From contig DATCSF010000047.1 in NCBI GenBank assembly GCA_036568625.1, positions 1 through 61,900 of the forward strand: DNA of 61,900 nucleotides, given 5' to 3'. The translations under genes were made by a program, and so were the position numbers. Below the pieces are notes generated by a model. That model was not told where the DNA came from. It saw only the letters and a program-made list of their open reading frames with translations, and ran no database searches. Below, piece by piece: positions 26,729 to 36,110 of the stretch. How positions within the stretch are numbered: the stretch's first letter is position 1; each line of letters starts with the position of its first letter. This stretch comes from Rhodanobacteraceae bacterium (GTDB lineage Bacteria; Pseudomonadota; Gammaproteobacteria; Xanthomonadales; Rhodanobacteraceae).

Positions 26729-27700
26729 TCAGTCGCCGGAACTCGCGGACGCCGGGCTGGCACTGCTCGCCGGGGCCGGTATCGCCGTACTCGACGGCGT
26801 AGCGGGCGCAGGTGTCGCGGCGCTGCCGGTCGAAGCCGGTGACGCCACCGAGCCGGCTGCTGCCGGCGGAGCATGGTTGTTGATGCCGTGCGTTTTCTCG
26901 TACTGCTGCTGTTGTTGCAACAGTCGATCGATGTCGCTGTCGTCGTTTTCGCCAGGGCTGGTGCCTTGCAAGTGCTCGATCGCGGACAGCGGCGGATTGC
27001 CGTAATAGATCTGGTACAGGCGATGTTGCCGGTACGCGTCGCGCATGAACGCGTACGGGTCGTAGGAAGAATCGATCATCGGATCGATCGGGAGTGCGCT
27101 GGCGCGCAGCGTCACGAGGTACGCGATGGAAGGCAGGTATTGTGCGTGCCACTTGAGGTCGTGCTCGCGCGCGTACCAGCCCATCGGGTCGAAATAGCTG
27201 TCCACCGGCAGGCGCCACACGTCGCGCAAGGTGGTCGGTCCGACGAGCGGCAGCACCAGATACGGGCCTTCGGGCAAACCCCAATGCGCCAGCGTCACAC
27301 CGAAATCGGTGGGGTGCGCCGGCAGCCGCATCTCACTGGCCGGATCGAAGATGCCGAGGAAACCCACGCTGGTGTTGATGAGGAATCGGCCCGTGGATTG
27401 CAGCGCAGGTACGGGGCGGCCCTGCAATACTTCATTGATGATGGTTACCGGCGTGCGCAGGTTGGTGAAGAAATTGCCGATCAGCACCCGTTCCTTGGGG
27501 CCAGTCACCTTGACATAAGCCTTGGCCACGGGGCGGATCGCCGCCTTGTCGGCGAAACGGTTGAACGCGAACATCTTGCGGTTGAAGTTTTGCAACGGAT
27601 CGTCGGTGCGCGGCGGTGCGACGGCGCACGCGGCCAGCACGCCGGTCAGGGCGACAACGACAATGCGGTGCGCGAGGTGGGAACGGCGGGTTCTTGGCAT
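26729..27700 (-). CDS. mlaA: Outer-membrane lipoprotein MlaA/VacJ with Pro/Ala/Ser-rich C-terminal tail
   Basis: Lipobox LTGVLAAC, and the MlaA core DPLQNFNRKMFAFN...INTSVGFLGIFD. It is convergent with mlaB. Confidence 0.85.
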   Translation of the reverse strand: MPRTRRSHLAHRIVVVALTGVLAACAVAPPRTDDPLQNFNRKMFAFNRFADKAAIRPVAKAYVKVTGPKERVLIGNFFTNLRTPVTIINEVLQGRPVPALQSTGRFLINTSVGFLGIFDPASEMRLPAHPTDFGVTLAHWGLPEGPYLVLPLVGPTTLRDVWRLPVDSYFDPMGWYAREHDLKWHAQYLPSIAYLVTLRASALPIDPMIDSSYDPYAFMRDAYRQHRLYQIYYGNPPLSAIEHLQGTSPGENDDSDIDRLLQQQQQYEKTHGINNHAPPAAAGSVASPASTGSAATPAPATPSSTAIPAPASSASPASASSGD

Positions 27701-27832
27701 GCGTCGGTGAATGCGGCCGAAGGGGTTGCGTTGCAAGCGCGCAATTCTAAACGCGTCGGTCCAAGAAATTGGCCACGGGTGTCAATTGCAGGGCAGGTGG
27801 CGTTCAGGCGCGCTGCGGTGCATTCGCCCGGA

Positions 27833-27860
27833 TCGACAAATCCCTGGCCGCTGCTACAAT
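27833..27860 (+). promoter_or_regulatory. Candidate sigma70 promoter upstream of rpoZ
   Basis: TCGACA, a 16-nt spacer, then TACAAT. It lies about 32 nt upstream of the rpoZ ATG. Confidence 0.35.
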
Positions 27861-27891
27861 CTGGAAGTTTGCGATACAACCGGAAGCTCAC

Positions 27892-28185
27892 ATGGCACGC
27901 ATCACCGTGGAAGACTGCCTGAAGGTGGTCGACAACCGTTTCGAATTGGTCCTGATGGCCACCCGCCGCGCGCGCCAACTGGAGAACGGCGTCGAGGCCA
28001 CCGTCGATCCCGAAAACGACAAGCCCACCGTGCTGGCCCTGCGCGAAATCGCGGACCGCACCATCGACATGCCGACCATCGACGAAATCGACCGCGTCGA
28101 GCGCGAACGCCGCGACCGCGAGGCCATGGAGTGGGCTGCGGCCGAAGTGGACGAAGACATGTCCAAGGGGTTGGACGAGGTTTGA
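27892..28185 (+). CDS. rpoZ: RNA polymerase omega subunit
   Basis: [30 protein letters not shown] is the canonical RpoZ N-terminus. Confidence 0.95.
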   Translation: MARITVEDCLKVVDNRFELVLMATRRARQLENGVEATVDPENDKPTVLALREIADRTIDMPTIDEIDRVERERRDREAMEWAAAEVDEDMSKGLDEV

Positions 28186-28447
28186 CCTCGCGCCCGGAGG
28201 ATGCTGATTCTGCGCCGCGTGCCAGGTCACGCTGAACTCCAGCGCGGTTCAATGCACCGTAGGTTGGGCTGACCGCGGGCTCCATCCGTGGGAAGCCCAA
28301 CGTCGTCGCCTCGGAACGTTGCAAGGCGTCTGCGGTCTCTCCGTGCAGCGAGCAACGCCGTCTTTGTGCTAGCTTGCAGCCATGCGCAAGCGCAAGACGA
28401 AATCACAAGCGGTGGCAACCGTGCAGCCGGCGAGCGAAGGCGTCGAC

Positions 28448-30565
28448 ATGGCCGGCATCGACGCGCTCGCCACGCAGCTCGCGACCTATCTTCCGCCGGA
28501 ACAGATCGAGCGCGTGCGCGGTGCCTATGCGGTGGGGGCGCGCGCGCATGCCAGCCAGCGCAGGAAAAGCGGCGAGCCCTACATCACCCACCCGCTGGCG
28601 GTGGCGATGATCCTGGCAGGCCTGCGGCTGGACGCCGAAACCATCATCGCGGCGATCCTGCACGACACACTGGAAGACACGGGCCTGACCCGGGTGCAAC
28701 TGGAGACCAGTTTTGGTCCGACGGTGACCGAGCTGGTGGATGGCGTCACCAAGCTGGAGCGGGTGGACTTCGCCAGCCGCCTGGAAGCCGACGCGGAAAG
28801 CTTCCGCAAGATGCTGCTTGCCATGGCGCGCGATCTGCGGGTGATCCTCATCAAGCTGGCCGATCGCCTGCACAACATGCGCACGCTGGCGGCGATGGCG
28901 CCGGACGCACGCCGCCGCATCGCGCGCGAGACCCTTGAAATCTACGCGCCCATCGCGGCGCGACTGGGCATGAACGCGATCAAGGCGGAACTGCAGGATC
29001 TCGGGTTCCGCAGCTTGTATCCCGACCGCTACAAGATCATCGCCTCGCGCATCAAGCGCACGCTGGGCAACCGGCGCGAGGCCATGGAGAAGATCGAACA
29101 GGCGCTGGCCGAGCGCCTGGCGTCCGACGGCATCCCGGTGCGCATCGTCAGCCGCATCAAGGCGCCGTACAGCATCTGGTCGAAGATGAAAAACGAACAC
29201 AAGACCTTCGACCAATTGATGGACGTCTATGGTTTCCGGTTGGTGACCGACACGGTCGCGCATTGCTACCAGGCGCTGGGCTCGGCGCATTTGCTGTTCA
29301 AACCGGTGGAAAGCCGGTTCAAGGATTTCATCGCGATCCCCAAGGCCAACGGTTACCAGTCGCTGCACACGGTGCTGTTCGGACCGTTCGGTGCGCCCAT
29401 CGAAATCCAGATCCGCACGGAAGACATGAACACGGTGGCCGAGCGCGGCGTGGCCGCGCACTGGACCTACAAGTCGGACGCCGCTCCCGCCAACAGTGCG
29501 CAGTCGCGTGCGCGGGCGTGGGTGTCCAGCCTGGCCGACAGCCAGGCCGCGACGCCGTCGTCGCTGGAATTCATCGAGAACGTCAAGGTCGACCTGTTTC
29601 CCGACGAGGTGTACCTGTTCACGCCGGCCGGCGACATCCAGGCCTTGCCGAAGCACGCGACCGCGCTGGACCTGGCTTTCGCGGTACACACCGACGTCGG
29701 CATGCACGCGGTCGCCTCGCGCATCGACGGCAAGCTTGCTTCGTTGCGCTCGCAGCCGGCGTCGGGGCAAACGGTCGAGGTGATCACCGCACCCTCGGCG
29801 GCGCCCAATCCGCAGTGGCTGGATTTCGCGGTGACCGGCAAGGCCCGCGCGGCGATCCGGCAATATCTGAAACGCCTGCAGCACGAGGATGCGATCGATT
29901 TCGGCCATCGCATGCTGGAAAGCGCGCTGGACGCCAAGGGTTCCAGTCTCGACGCGGTGCCCCCCGAGGCGCTGGACCGGTTTCTGGCCGAACACAACCT
30001 GCGCCGCCTGGAAGACCTGCTGTCGGACATCGCGCTGGGCAACCGCATGTCCGACCAGGTGGCGGCCAAGCTGACCGCGATGGGCGGTCCGGTGATCGGT
30101 GGCGCGGCGCTGCATCGTTCCGAGAAGATCCGCATCAGCGGCGCCGAGCGCGGCATCCTGAGCTTCGGCAATTGCTGCCATCCGGTACCGGGCGACGATA
30201 TCGTGGGGTACCTGTCGCCGGGCAAGGGCATCGTGGTGCACCGCGTGGAATGCCCCAACGTGGCGGAGCTTGCCCGGTTGCCTGAGCGTCGCGTCGAGAT
30301 CGGCTGGGACAAGGAAGTTCAGGGCGACTACCGCGCCGAGTTGCGCGTCGAAGTCGTCAATCGCCCGGGTGTGCTGGCCACGGTGTCGGCCGCGATCGCG
30401 GAAGCCGGTTCCAACATTGACGATGTTCGTTACATCGAGCGCGGCGTGCAGGCCGCCACCCTGATCTTCACGATCGAGGTGAAGCACCGCAAGCATCTTG
30501 CCGACGTGATGCGGCGTGTCCGGAATACCAAGGTCGTGAACGGCGTTTACCGTTATCCGCTTTGA
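28448..30565 (+). CDS. spoT: Bifunctional (p)ppGpp synthetase/hydrolase (RelA/SpoT homolog)
   Basis: HD domain (HDTLEDT), synthetase domain, and TGS and ACT domains. The start at 28448 places YLP 13 residues from the Met, as in E. coli SpoT. The track ORF begins at 28382. Confidence 0.9.
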   Translation: MAGIDALATQLATYLPPEQIERVRGAYAVGARAHASQRRKSGEPYITHPLAVAMILAGLRLDAETIIAAILHDTLEDTGLTRVQLETSFGPTVTELVDGVTKLERVDFASRLEADAESFRKMLLAMARDLRVILIKLADRLHNMRTLAAMAPDARRRIARETLEIYAPIAARLGMNAIKAELQDLGFRSLYPDRYKIIASRIKRTLGNRREAMEKIEQALAERLASDGIPVRIVSRIKAPYSIWSKMKNEHKTFDQLMDVYGFRLVTDTVAHCYQALGSAHLLFKPVESRFKDFIAIPKANGYQSLHTVLFGPFGAPIEIQIRTEDMNTVAERGVAAHWTYKSDAAPANSAQSRARAWVSSLADSQAATPSSLEFIENVKVDLFPDEVYLFTPAGDIQALPKHATALDLAFAVHTDVGMHAVASRIDGKLASLRSQPASGQTVEVITAPSAAPNPQWLDFAVTGKARAAIRQYLKRLQHEDAIDFGHRMLESALDAKGSSLDAVPPEALDRFLAEHNLRRLEDLLSDIALGNRMSDQVAAKLTAMGGPVIGGAALHRSEKIRISGAERGILSFGNCCHPVPGDDIVGYLSPGKGIVVHRVECPNVAELARLPERRVEIGWDKEVQGDYRAELRVEVVNRPGVLATVSAAIAEAGSNIDDVRYIERGVQAATLIFTIEVKHRKHLADVMRRVRNTKVVNGVYRYPL

Positions 30566-30657
30566 TTGCGATGATCCCCAGTTGCTGCATCGCCGAACGA
30601 TTGGTGAGAACACCAGAACGGCTTCCCTGGCCTGACTCTTCACGGCAGCCGCTGCGC
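30566..30657 (+). repeat. Stop-codon-abutting bipartite element, copy at the spoT 3' end
   Basis: Immediately after the TGA stop it reads TTGCGATGATCCCCAGTTGCTGCATCGCC ... CACCAGAACGGCTTCCCTGGCCTGACTCTTCAC. Both blocks are shared with the copies at 16245-16348 and 35985-36110. Confidence 0.55.
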
Positions 30658-30766
30658 ATCGCGTTCCGATTTTTCTGCGCGAGCATTGGGCAAGCGCCAT
30701 TCCTTGGGGCTGTCGCGACCGAACTGCTATTCTGGCGCTCGCGTTTTGCCGGCCACGAGAATCGCC

Positions 30767-31153
30767 ATGTCACGTACGCCCATCCACTCCGATGCCGCGC
30801 CGAAAGCCATCGGCCCTTATTCGCAGGCCGTGCGCGCGGGCGACACGCTGTACCTGTCCGGCCAGACGCCGCTCGACCCCGCCACCGGCGAGATGGTCGC
30901 GGGCGGCATCGAGCAACAGGCCACGCGCGTTTTCGAAAACCTGAAAGCCGTGTTGTCCGCCGCGGGCGCTTCGTTCGATGACGTGGTGCGGGTGGCGATC
31001 TACATGACCGACCTCGGCAACTTCGCCACGGTCAACGAGGTGATGAAGCGCTATTTCCACGAGCCTTATCCCGCGCGTTCGACCATCGGCGTGGCGGCAC
31101 TGCCGCGCGGCGCGGCAGTGGAGATCGACGTGATCGCGGTGCCGGCTCGCTGA
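30767..31153 (+). CDS. ridA: RidA/YjgF-family reactive-intermediate deaminase
   Basis: 128 aa with [12 protein letters not shown] and [20 protein letters not shown] motifs. Confidence 0.9.
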   Translation: MSRTPIHSDAAPKAIGPYSQAVRAGDTLYLSGQTPLDPATGEMVAGGIEQQATRVFENLKAVLSAAGASFDDVVRVAIYMTDLGNFATVNEVMKRYFHEPYPARSTIGVAALPRGAAVEIDVIAVPAR

Positions 31154-31243
31154 AAATCCCATGCGGAATGGTGGGCGCTTGGCTGATCGCGCGCCGTTGA
31201 GGAAGCGGCGCATCGCGCCGCAGGCATCGGCTAATCTTGCGCG

Positions 31244-33415
31244 GTGACAGCCGCTGCCAACATGCAATTGCGACATTCGAACGACCCGGGCCTCGCGCCG
31301 GCGTCGTCGTTGCCCGGCGTCGGTCCCGCGCTCACCGAAACCTTGCGCAGGCTCGGCGTCGAACGTGTGCAGGATTTGTGGTTCCACCTGCCGCTGCGCT
31401 ACGAAGACCGCACCCGCATCACGTCGATCCGCGAGCTCGCGGCCGGCGAATCGGCGCAGGTGGAAGGCGTGGTCGAGGCGGTCGAGACGGGCTTCCGTTA
31501 CCGCCCGCAACTCAAGGTGGCGATCACCGATGACTCGCACGACACGCTGGTGTTGCGCTTCTTCCATTTCCGACGCCAGCAGGCGCAGCAATTTGCGCCT
31601 GGTGTGCGGCTGCGTTGTTTCGGCGCGATCCGCCACGGCCAGCACGGGCTGGAAATGGTGCATCCGCAATACCGCGTGTTGCACGGCGCGCTCGCGATCG
31701 AGGAAACGCTGACGCCGATTTATCCGGTCACCGAGGGCTTGGGCCAGCAGCGTTTGCGCGCGGTGATCGACAAGGCGCTGGCTCGATTGCCCAGCGAAAC
31801 AACATTGGAACTGATCCCGCCCGATCTCCTGCAGCCGCTGGGCTTGATGCCGCTGCGCGATGCGTTGCTGGGCGTGCACCGGCCGATGCCCGATGCCGAC
31901 GTGCAGGCCCTGCTGGCGGGTCGGCATCCCGCGCAGCAGCGGCTGGCATTCGAGGAATTGCTGGCCCACCACTTGAGCCTGAAACGATTGCGCGCGCAGG
32001 TGCGCAAGCATCGTGCCCCCGCGTTGCCGTGCGATCAAGCATTGCAAACGCGGTTTCTGGATGCGCTGCCGTTTGCGCTCACGCGCGCGCAAAAACGTGT
32101 CAGCAAGGAAATCGGCGGCGACCTCGCCAAACATGTGCCGATGCTGCGGCTGGTCCAGGGCGATGTCGGCTCCGGCAAGACGGTCATCGCTGCACTCGCG
32201 GCCCTGCACGCGATCGCGAACGGCTGCCAGACCGCGCTGATGGCGCCGACCGAACTCCTGGCCGAACAGCACCTGCGCAGCTTTCGCACGTGGTTCGAAC
32301 CGCTCGGCGTCGATGTCGTGTGGCTCGCGGGCAAGGTGACGGGCCGTGCACGCAGCAAGGCGCTGGCGCAACTGGCGGGTGGCGCGCCGATTGCGATCGG
32401 CACCCATGCATTGATGCAGGAAGGCGTCGAATTCGCGCGGCTCGGCCTTGCCATCGTGGACGAGCAGCACCGCTTCGGCGTGCAGCAGCGGATGGCCTTG
32501 CGGGACAAGGGCCGAGCGGCGCCACAGGCGCCGCGAGCGCGAGGCATGGATGCCGAGCGGCAAAGTACCAGGGAAGATTTCTTGGCAGGATACGCGCCGC
32601 ACCAACTGGTGCTGACCGCAACGCCGATCCCGCGAACGCTGGCAATGAGCGCCTACGCCGATCTCGACGTTTCCACGCTGGACGAATTGCCGCCCGGTCG
32701 TACGCCCGTCCGCACCGTTGCAATCGCCAATACCCGCCGCGGCGAGGTCATCGAGCGCATCCGCGCGGCGTGTTCGGAAGGCAGGCAGGCGTACTGGGTG
32801 TGCACGCTGATCGAAGACAGCGAACAATTGCAGGCGCAGGCTGCCGAAGTGGCGTATGCGCAACTCTGCGCGGCCCTGCCGGAGCTTGCCGTGGGCCTGG
32901 TGCATGGGCGCATGAAGCCGAAGGAAAAGCAGGCCGCGATGGATGCGTTCAATGACGGGCGTGCCGCGCTGCTGGTTGCGACCACCGTGATCGAGGTGGG
33001 CGTGGATGTGCCCAACGCCAGTCTGATGGTGATCGAGAACGCCGAAAGGCTGGGCCTTGCGCAGTTGCACCAGCTGCGCGGACGCGTGGGCCGCGGCAGC
33101 ATCGCTTCGACTTGCGTGTTGCTGTACCAGTCGCCGCTGTCCGGGTTGGCGAAACAACGGCTGGAGACGCTGCGCGAAACCAGCGACGGCTTCGTGATCG
33201 CGGAAACGGATCTGCGCCTGCGCGGTCCCGGCGAATTGCTCGGCACCCGCCAGACCGGCGAGATGGGTTTTCGGGTGGCCGACATCATCCGCGACGCCAG
33301 CCTGATGCCGGCGGTGCAGCGGGTTGGTGCGGCGCTACTGCGTGGGCATCCGGCCTTGGCGAAGCGCCTGACGGCGCGCTGGATAGGGGCGGCGGCGCGG
33401 TTTGCCGAGGCCTGA
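31244..33415 (+). CDS. recG: ATP-dependent DNA helicase RecG
   Basis: 723 aa with a GTG start. Wedge domain, Walker [16 protein letters not shown] and TATPIPRT. There is an extra ~22 aa between motifs II and III. Confidence 0.95.
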   Translation: MTAAANMQLRHSNDPGLAPASSLPGVGPALTETLRRLGVERVQDLWFHLPLRYEDRTRITSIRELAAGESAQVEGVVEAVETGFRYRPQLKVAITDDSHDTLVLRFFHFRRQQAQQFAPGVRLRCFGAIRHGQHGLEMVHPQYRVLHGALAIEETLTPIYPVTEGLGQQRLRAVIDKALARLPSETTLELIPPDLLQPLGLMPLRDALLGVHRPMPDADVQALLAGRHPAQQRLAFEELLAHHLSLKRLRAQVRKHRAPALPCDQALQTRFLDALPFALTRAQKRVSKEIGGDLAKHVPMLRLVQGDVGSGKTVIAALAALHAIANGCQTALMAPTELLAEQHLRSFRTWFEPLGVDVVWLAGKVTGRARSKALAQLAGGAPIAIGTHALMQEGVEFARLGLAIVDEQHRFGVQQRMALRDKGRAAPQAPRARGMDAERQSTREDFLAGYAPHQLVLTATPIPRTLAMSAYADLDVSTLDELPPGRTPVRTVAIANTRRGEVIERIRAACSEGRQAYWVCTLIEDSEQLQAQAAEVAYAQLCAALPELAVGLVHGRMKPKEKQAAMDAFNDGRAALLVATTVIEVGVDVPNASLMVIENAERLGLAQLHQLRGRVGRGSIASTCVLLYQSPLSGLAKQRLETLRETSDGFVIAETDLRLRGPGELLGTRQTGEMGFRVADIIRDASLMPAVQRVGAALLRGHPALAKRLTARWIGAAARFAEA

Positions 33416-33494
33416 GCCGGGCTTGCCCGAAAAGCTTCGGCCGGGTTACAATTCCGCCCTTGCCCGAAGCATTTTGATTCCAGGCGGACCCATC

Positions 33495-33746
33495 ATGAAA
33501 GCCGACATCCATCCGAACTACCAGCCGGTGGTTTTCCAGGACGCCGCATCCGATTTCGCGTTCCTGACGCGCTCGACGATGACGAGCGACGAGACCATCA
33601 AGTGGGAGGACGGCAACGAGTACCCCGTGATCAAGGTCGACATCTCCTCGGCCTCGCACCCGTTCTACACCGGCAAGCAGAAGGTGATGGACGCGGGCGG
33701 CCGCATCGACAAGTTCAAGCGACGCTACGCGGCTGGCAAGAAATGA
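33495..33746 (+). CDS. rpmE2: 50S ribosomal protein L31, type B (lacks the CxxC zinc motif)
   Basis: 83 aa: [14 protein letters not shown]...HPFYTGKQK. No Cys pairs are present. Confidence 0.9.
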   Translation: MKADIHPNYQPVVFQDAASDFAFLTRSTMTSDETIKWEDGNEYPVIKVDISSASHPFYTGKQKVMDAGGRIDKFKRRYAAGKK

Positions 33747-33827
33747 CGACAGGATGTCGTCATCCCGGACAGCACATGGATGTGCGTTGATCCGGGATCC
33801 AGATTCCGCATCGCTCGAGATTTCCCG

Positions 33828-33861
33828 ACGCCTTCCGCCCATGCGGAAGGCGTTTTCGTTT
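33828..33861 (+). terminator. Rho-independent terminator after rpmE2
   Basis: Perfect 11-bp stem ACGCCTTCCGC / GCGGAAGGCGT, a 4-nt loop, then TTTTCGTTT. Confidence 0.75.
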
Positions 33862-33967
33862 GCGGCCGACGCCGACCGTACCTGCGTACGCATGCGTATC
33901 GTGCGATAATTGCGCGATTGCTTGGCGCGATCAGTTCGCTGTCGCGACGTACCGAAGGAGTTTTTCA

Positions 33968-35254
33968 GTGTCCAACAAGAACGCCACCCTGACTGCCGCC
34001 GATCGTTCCGCGTCCCTGCCATTGGTTGAGGGCAGCCAGGGACCGAGCTGCATCGACATCTCGCCGCTTTATCGCGAGACCGGACATTTCACGTTCGATC
34101 CCGGCTTCGCCGCCACCGCCGCCTGCAAGAGCGCCATCACTTTCATCGATGGCGACAAGGGCGTGCTGCTGTATCGCGGTTATCCGATCGAGCAGCTCGC
34201 GCAAAAATCGCGATTCCTCGAAGTGGCCTACCTGCTGCTGGAAGGCGAACTGCCTACTTCTGCCGAAATGGCCAAGTTCGAGGACACGGTGACGCATCAC
34301 ACGATGATGCACGAGTCGGTGAAGAATTTCCTGCACGGCTTCCATTACGACGCGCACCCGATGGCGATGCTGTGCGCGGCGATTGCGTCGCTGTCGGCGT
34401 TCTACCACGACACCATCGACAACGAGGATCCGGCACAACGCAAGCTTGCGGCGATCCGCCTGATCGCGAAAATGCCGACCATCGCGGCGGCCGCGTACCG
34501 CTACTCGATCGGCTGGCCGGTCCGCTATCCGCGCAACAACCTGGAATACGTCACGCGCTTCCTGCACATGATGTTCGAAGTGCCGAGCGAACCGCTGGAG
34601 CTGAATCCGGTGGTGGCGAAGGCGCTCGACCTGTTGTTCATCCTGCACGCCGACCACGAGCAGAACGCCAGTACCTCGACGGTGCGGCTGGTGGGTTCGA
34701 CCGGCGCCAACCCGTACGCATCGGTGGCCGCCGGCATCGCCGCGCTGTGGGGGCCGGCGCACGGCGGCGCCAACGAGGCGGTGCTGAAAATGCTGGCCGA
34801 GATCGGCGACGCGAAGAACGTCGAGAAGGCGGTCGCGCGCGCCAAGGACAAGGATTCGGGTTTCCGCCTGATGGGCTTCGGCCATCGCGTGTACAAGAAT
34901 TTCGATCCGCGCGCGAAGATCATCCGCGAGATGACCCACAAGGTACTGGACGAGTTGGGCGTGGACGATCCGCTGCTGGACGTGGCGCTGAAGCTGGAAG
35001 AGGCTGCGTTGAAAGACGATTATTTCGTCGAACGCAAGCTGTACCCGAACGTGGATTTCTATTCGGGCATCATCTACAAGGCGCTCAGGATTCCGACCGA
35101 GATGTTCACCGTGATGTTCGCGATCGCGCGCACCGCGGGCTGGATCGCGCACTGGATCGAGCAGCACGAAATGCCCGGTGGTCGGATCGGCCGGCCGCGC
35201 CAGGTGTACGTCGGCGCGACGCCGCGGGATTACATGGCGCTGGACAAGCGCTGA
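33968..35254 (+). CDS. gltA: Citrate synthase (type II, hexameric class)
   Basis: 428 aa with a GTG start, preceded by AAGGAG 9 nt upstream. Motifs: [33 protein letters not shown]. Confidence 0.95.
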   Translation: MSNKNATLTAADRSASLPLVEGSQGPSCIDISPLYRETGHFTFDPGFAATAACKSAITFIDGDKGVLLYRGYPIEQLAQKSRFLEVAYLLLEGELPTSAEMAKFEDTVTHHTMMHESVKNFLHGFHYDAHPMAMLCAAIASLSAFYHDTIDNEDPAQRKLAAIRLIAKMPTIAAAAYRYSIGWPVRYPRNNLEYVTRFLHMMFEVPSEPLELNPVVAKALDLLFILHADHEQNASTSTVRLVGSTGANPYASVAAGIAALWGPAHGGANEAVLKMLAEIGDAKNVEKAVARAKDKDSGFRLMGFGHRVYKNFDPRAKIIREMTHKVLDELGVDDPLLDVALKLEEAALKDDYFVERKLYPNVDFYSGIIYKALRIPTEMFTVMFAIARTAGWIAHWIEQHEMPGGRIGRPRQVYVGATPRDYMALDKR

Positions 35255-35883
35255 TCGTCCGCAAGCATCACTTCCAGCGCGGCCACCGATGCGCGTTGCT
35301 GCGGTCGTTCACTGACGGGATCGAGCGGCGCCTGACGCAGCGCGTCGCGCGGGAACACCGTCACGTCCATCGGCACGTCGTCGGCGTTGAACAGCAGCAC
35401 GGGAAATTCCGCGTTGCGCGCGCGGTCGATCCGCAGCGTGCGGGCACGCGTCTCGAACGCGATGCCGTGGTCATGCAGGAACCTGGCCACGTTTTCGGGC
35501 GGGTCCTCGAACACATGCAGGCTGACCGGCGAGTGGGTATCGGCGGTGCCTTCCAGCACCGGGCCGACCAGGCGCGGTTCGAAGCGATCGAGAAAGTGCA
35601 TGGCGTCGCGCGCGGCTTCGCGCCGCATGCGCAGGGCGTGCGGCTGCTCGTCGGCGCGAAACAGGCGCTGGTGTTCGCGCAAGGCTTCTTCGATTTCGCG
35701 GTTGCGGGGCAGGAAACCTTCGTCGCTGACGCCGATGCGTTGCGCGGCTTTGCGTTTGGCCATCCGAAAATCGCGGATACCGTGTTCGCTGATCAGGCGT
35801 GCGGCTTCGAGCGCGATGCGGCGGCGCAGTTGGTGACTGCGGCCTTCGGCATGGATGCGGTGGTACCCGGCGGTCCTGTGCAT
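35230..35883 (-). CDS. Conserved hypothetical protein
   Basis: 217 aa counted from the ATG at 35883, with coding-like GC3. There is a 25-nt convergent overlap with the gltA end. I recognise no family. Confidence 0.55.
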   Translation of the reverse strand: MHRTAGYHRIHAEGRSHQLRRRIALEAARLISEHGIRDFRMAKRKAAQRIGVSDEGFLPRNREIEEALREHQRLFRADEQPHALRMRREAARDAMHFLDRFEPRLVGPVLEGTADTHSPVSLHVFEDPPENVARFLHDHGIAFETRARTLRIDRARNAEFPVLLFNADDVPMDVTVFPRDALRQAPLDPVSERPQQRASVAALEVMLADDQRLSSAM

Positions 35884-35984
35884 GGAAAACACCCCGTAGC
35901 CGCGTTGGGTGCAGTGTCGCAAAAAGCGAGCACAAAAAGCAAAGGGGATACGGCGCACGAAACGGAAACCCGGGGTGCTGCATA

Positions 35985-36110
35985 CGAAGCGGCTTTTGGT
36001 GAAAAGTCAGGCCAAGGAAGGCCGTTCTGGTGCTTCTGGGCTTGGATAGCCGGGTCGTTCTCGATTAGCCGCAACGATGCAGCGATCAGGGATGATCGCA
36101 AAAATACGCA
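35985..36110 (-). repeat. Stop-codon-abutting bipartite element, copy at the mrcA 3' end
   Basis: On the minus strand after the TAG stop it reads TGCGTATTTTTGCGATCATCCCTGATCGCTGCATCGTTGCGG ... CACCAGAACGGCCTTCCTTGGCCTGACTTTTCACCAAAAG. Confidence 0.55.

Noticed and set aside
28255-28310. The hairpin GTTGGGCT...AGCCCAAC in the rpoZ-spoT spacer, considered as a repeat-family member.
   Set aside because: There is only one copy in the window, the loop is 23 nt, and it shows no similarity to the other repeat families here.
33415-33495. A possible Zur box upstream of the Cys-less L31 paralog rpmE2.
   Set aside because: I saw no AT-rich palindrome resembling a Zur operator in the 80-nt leader. A claim of zinc regulation cannot be supported from this sequence.
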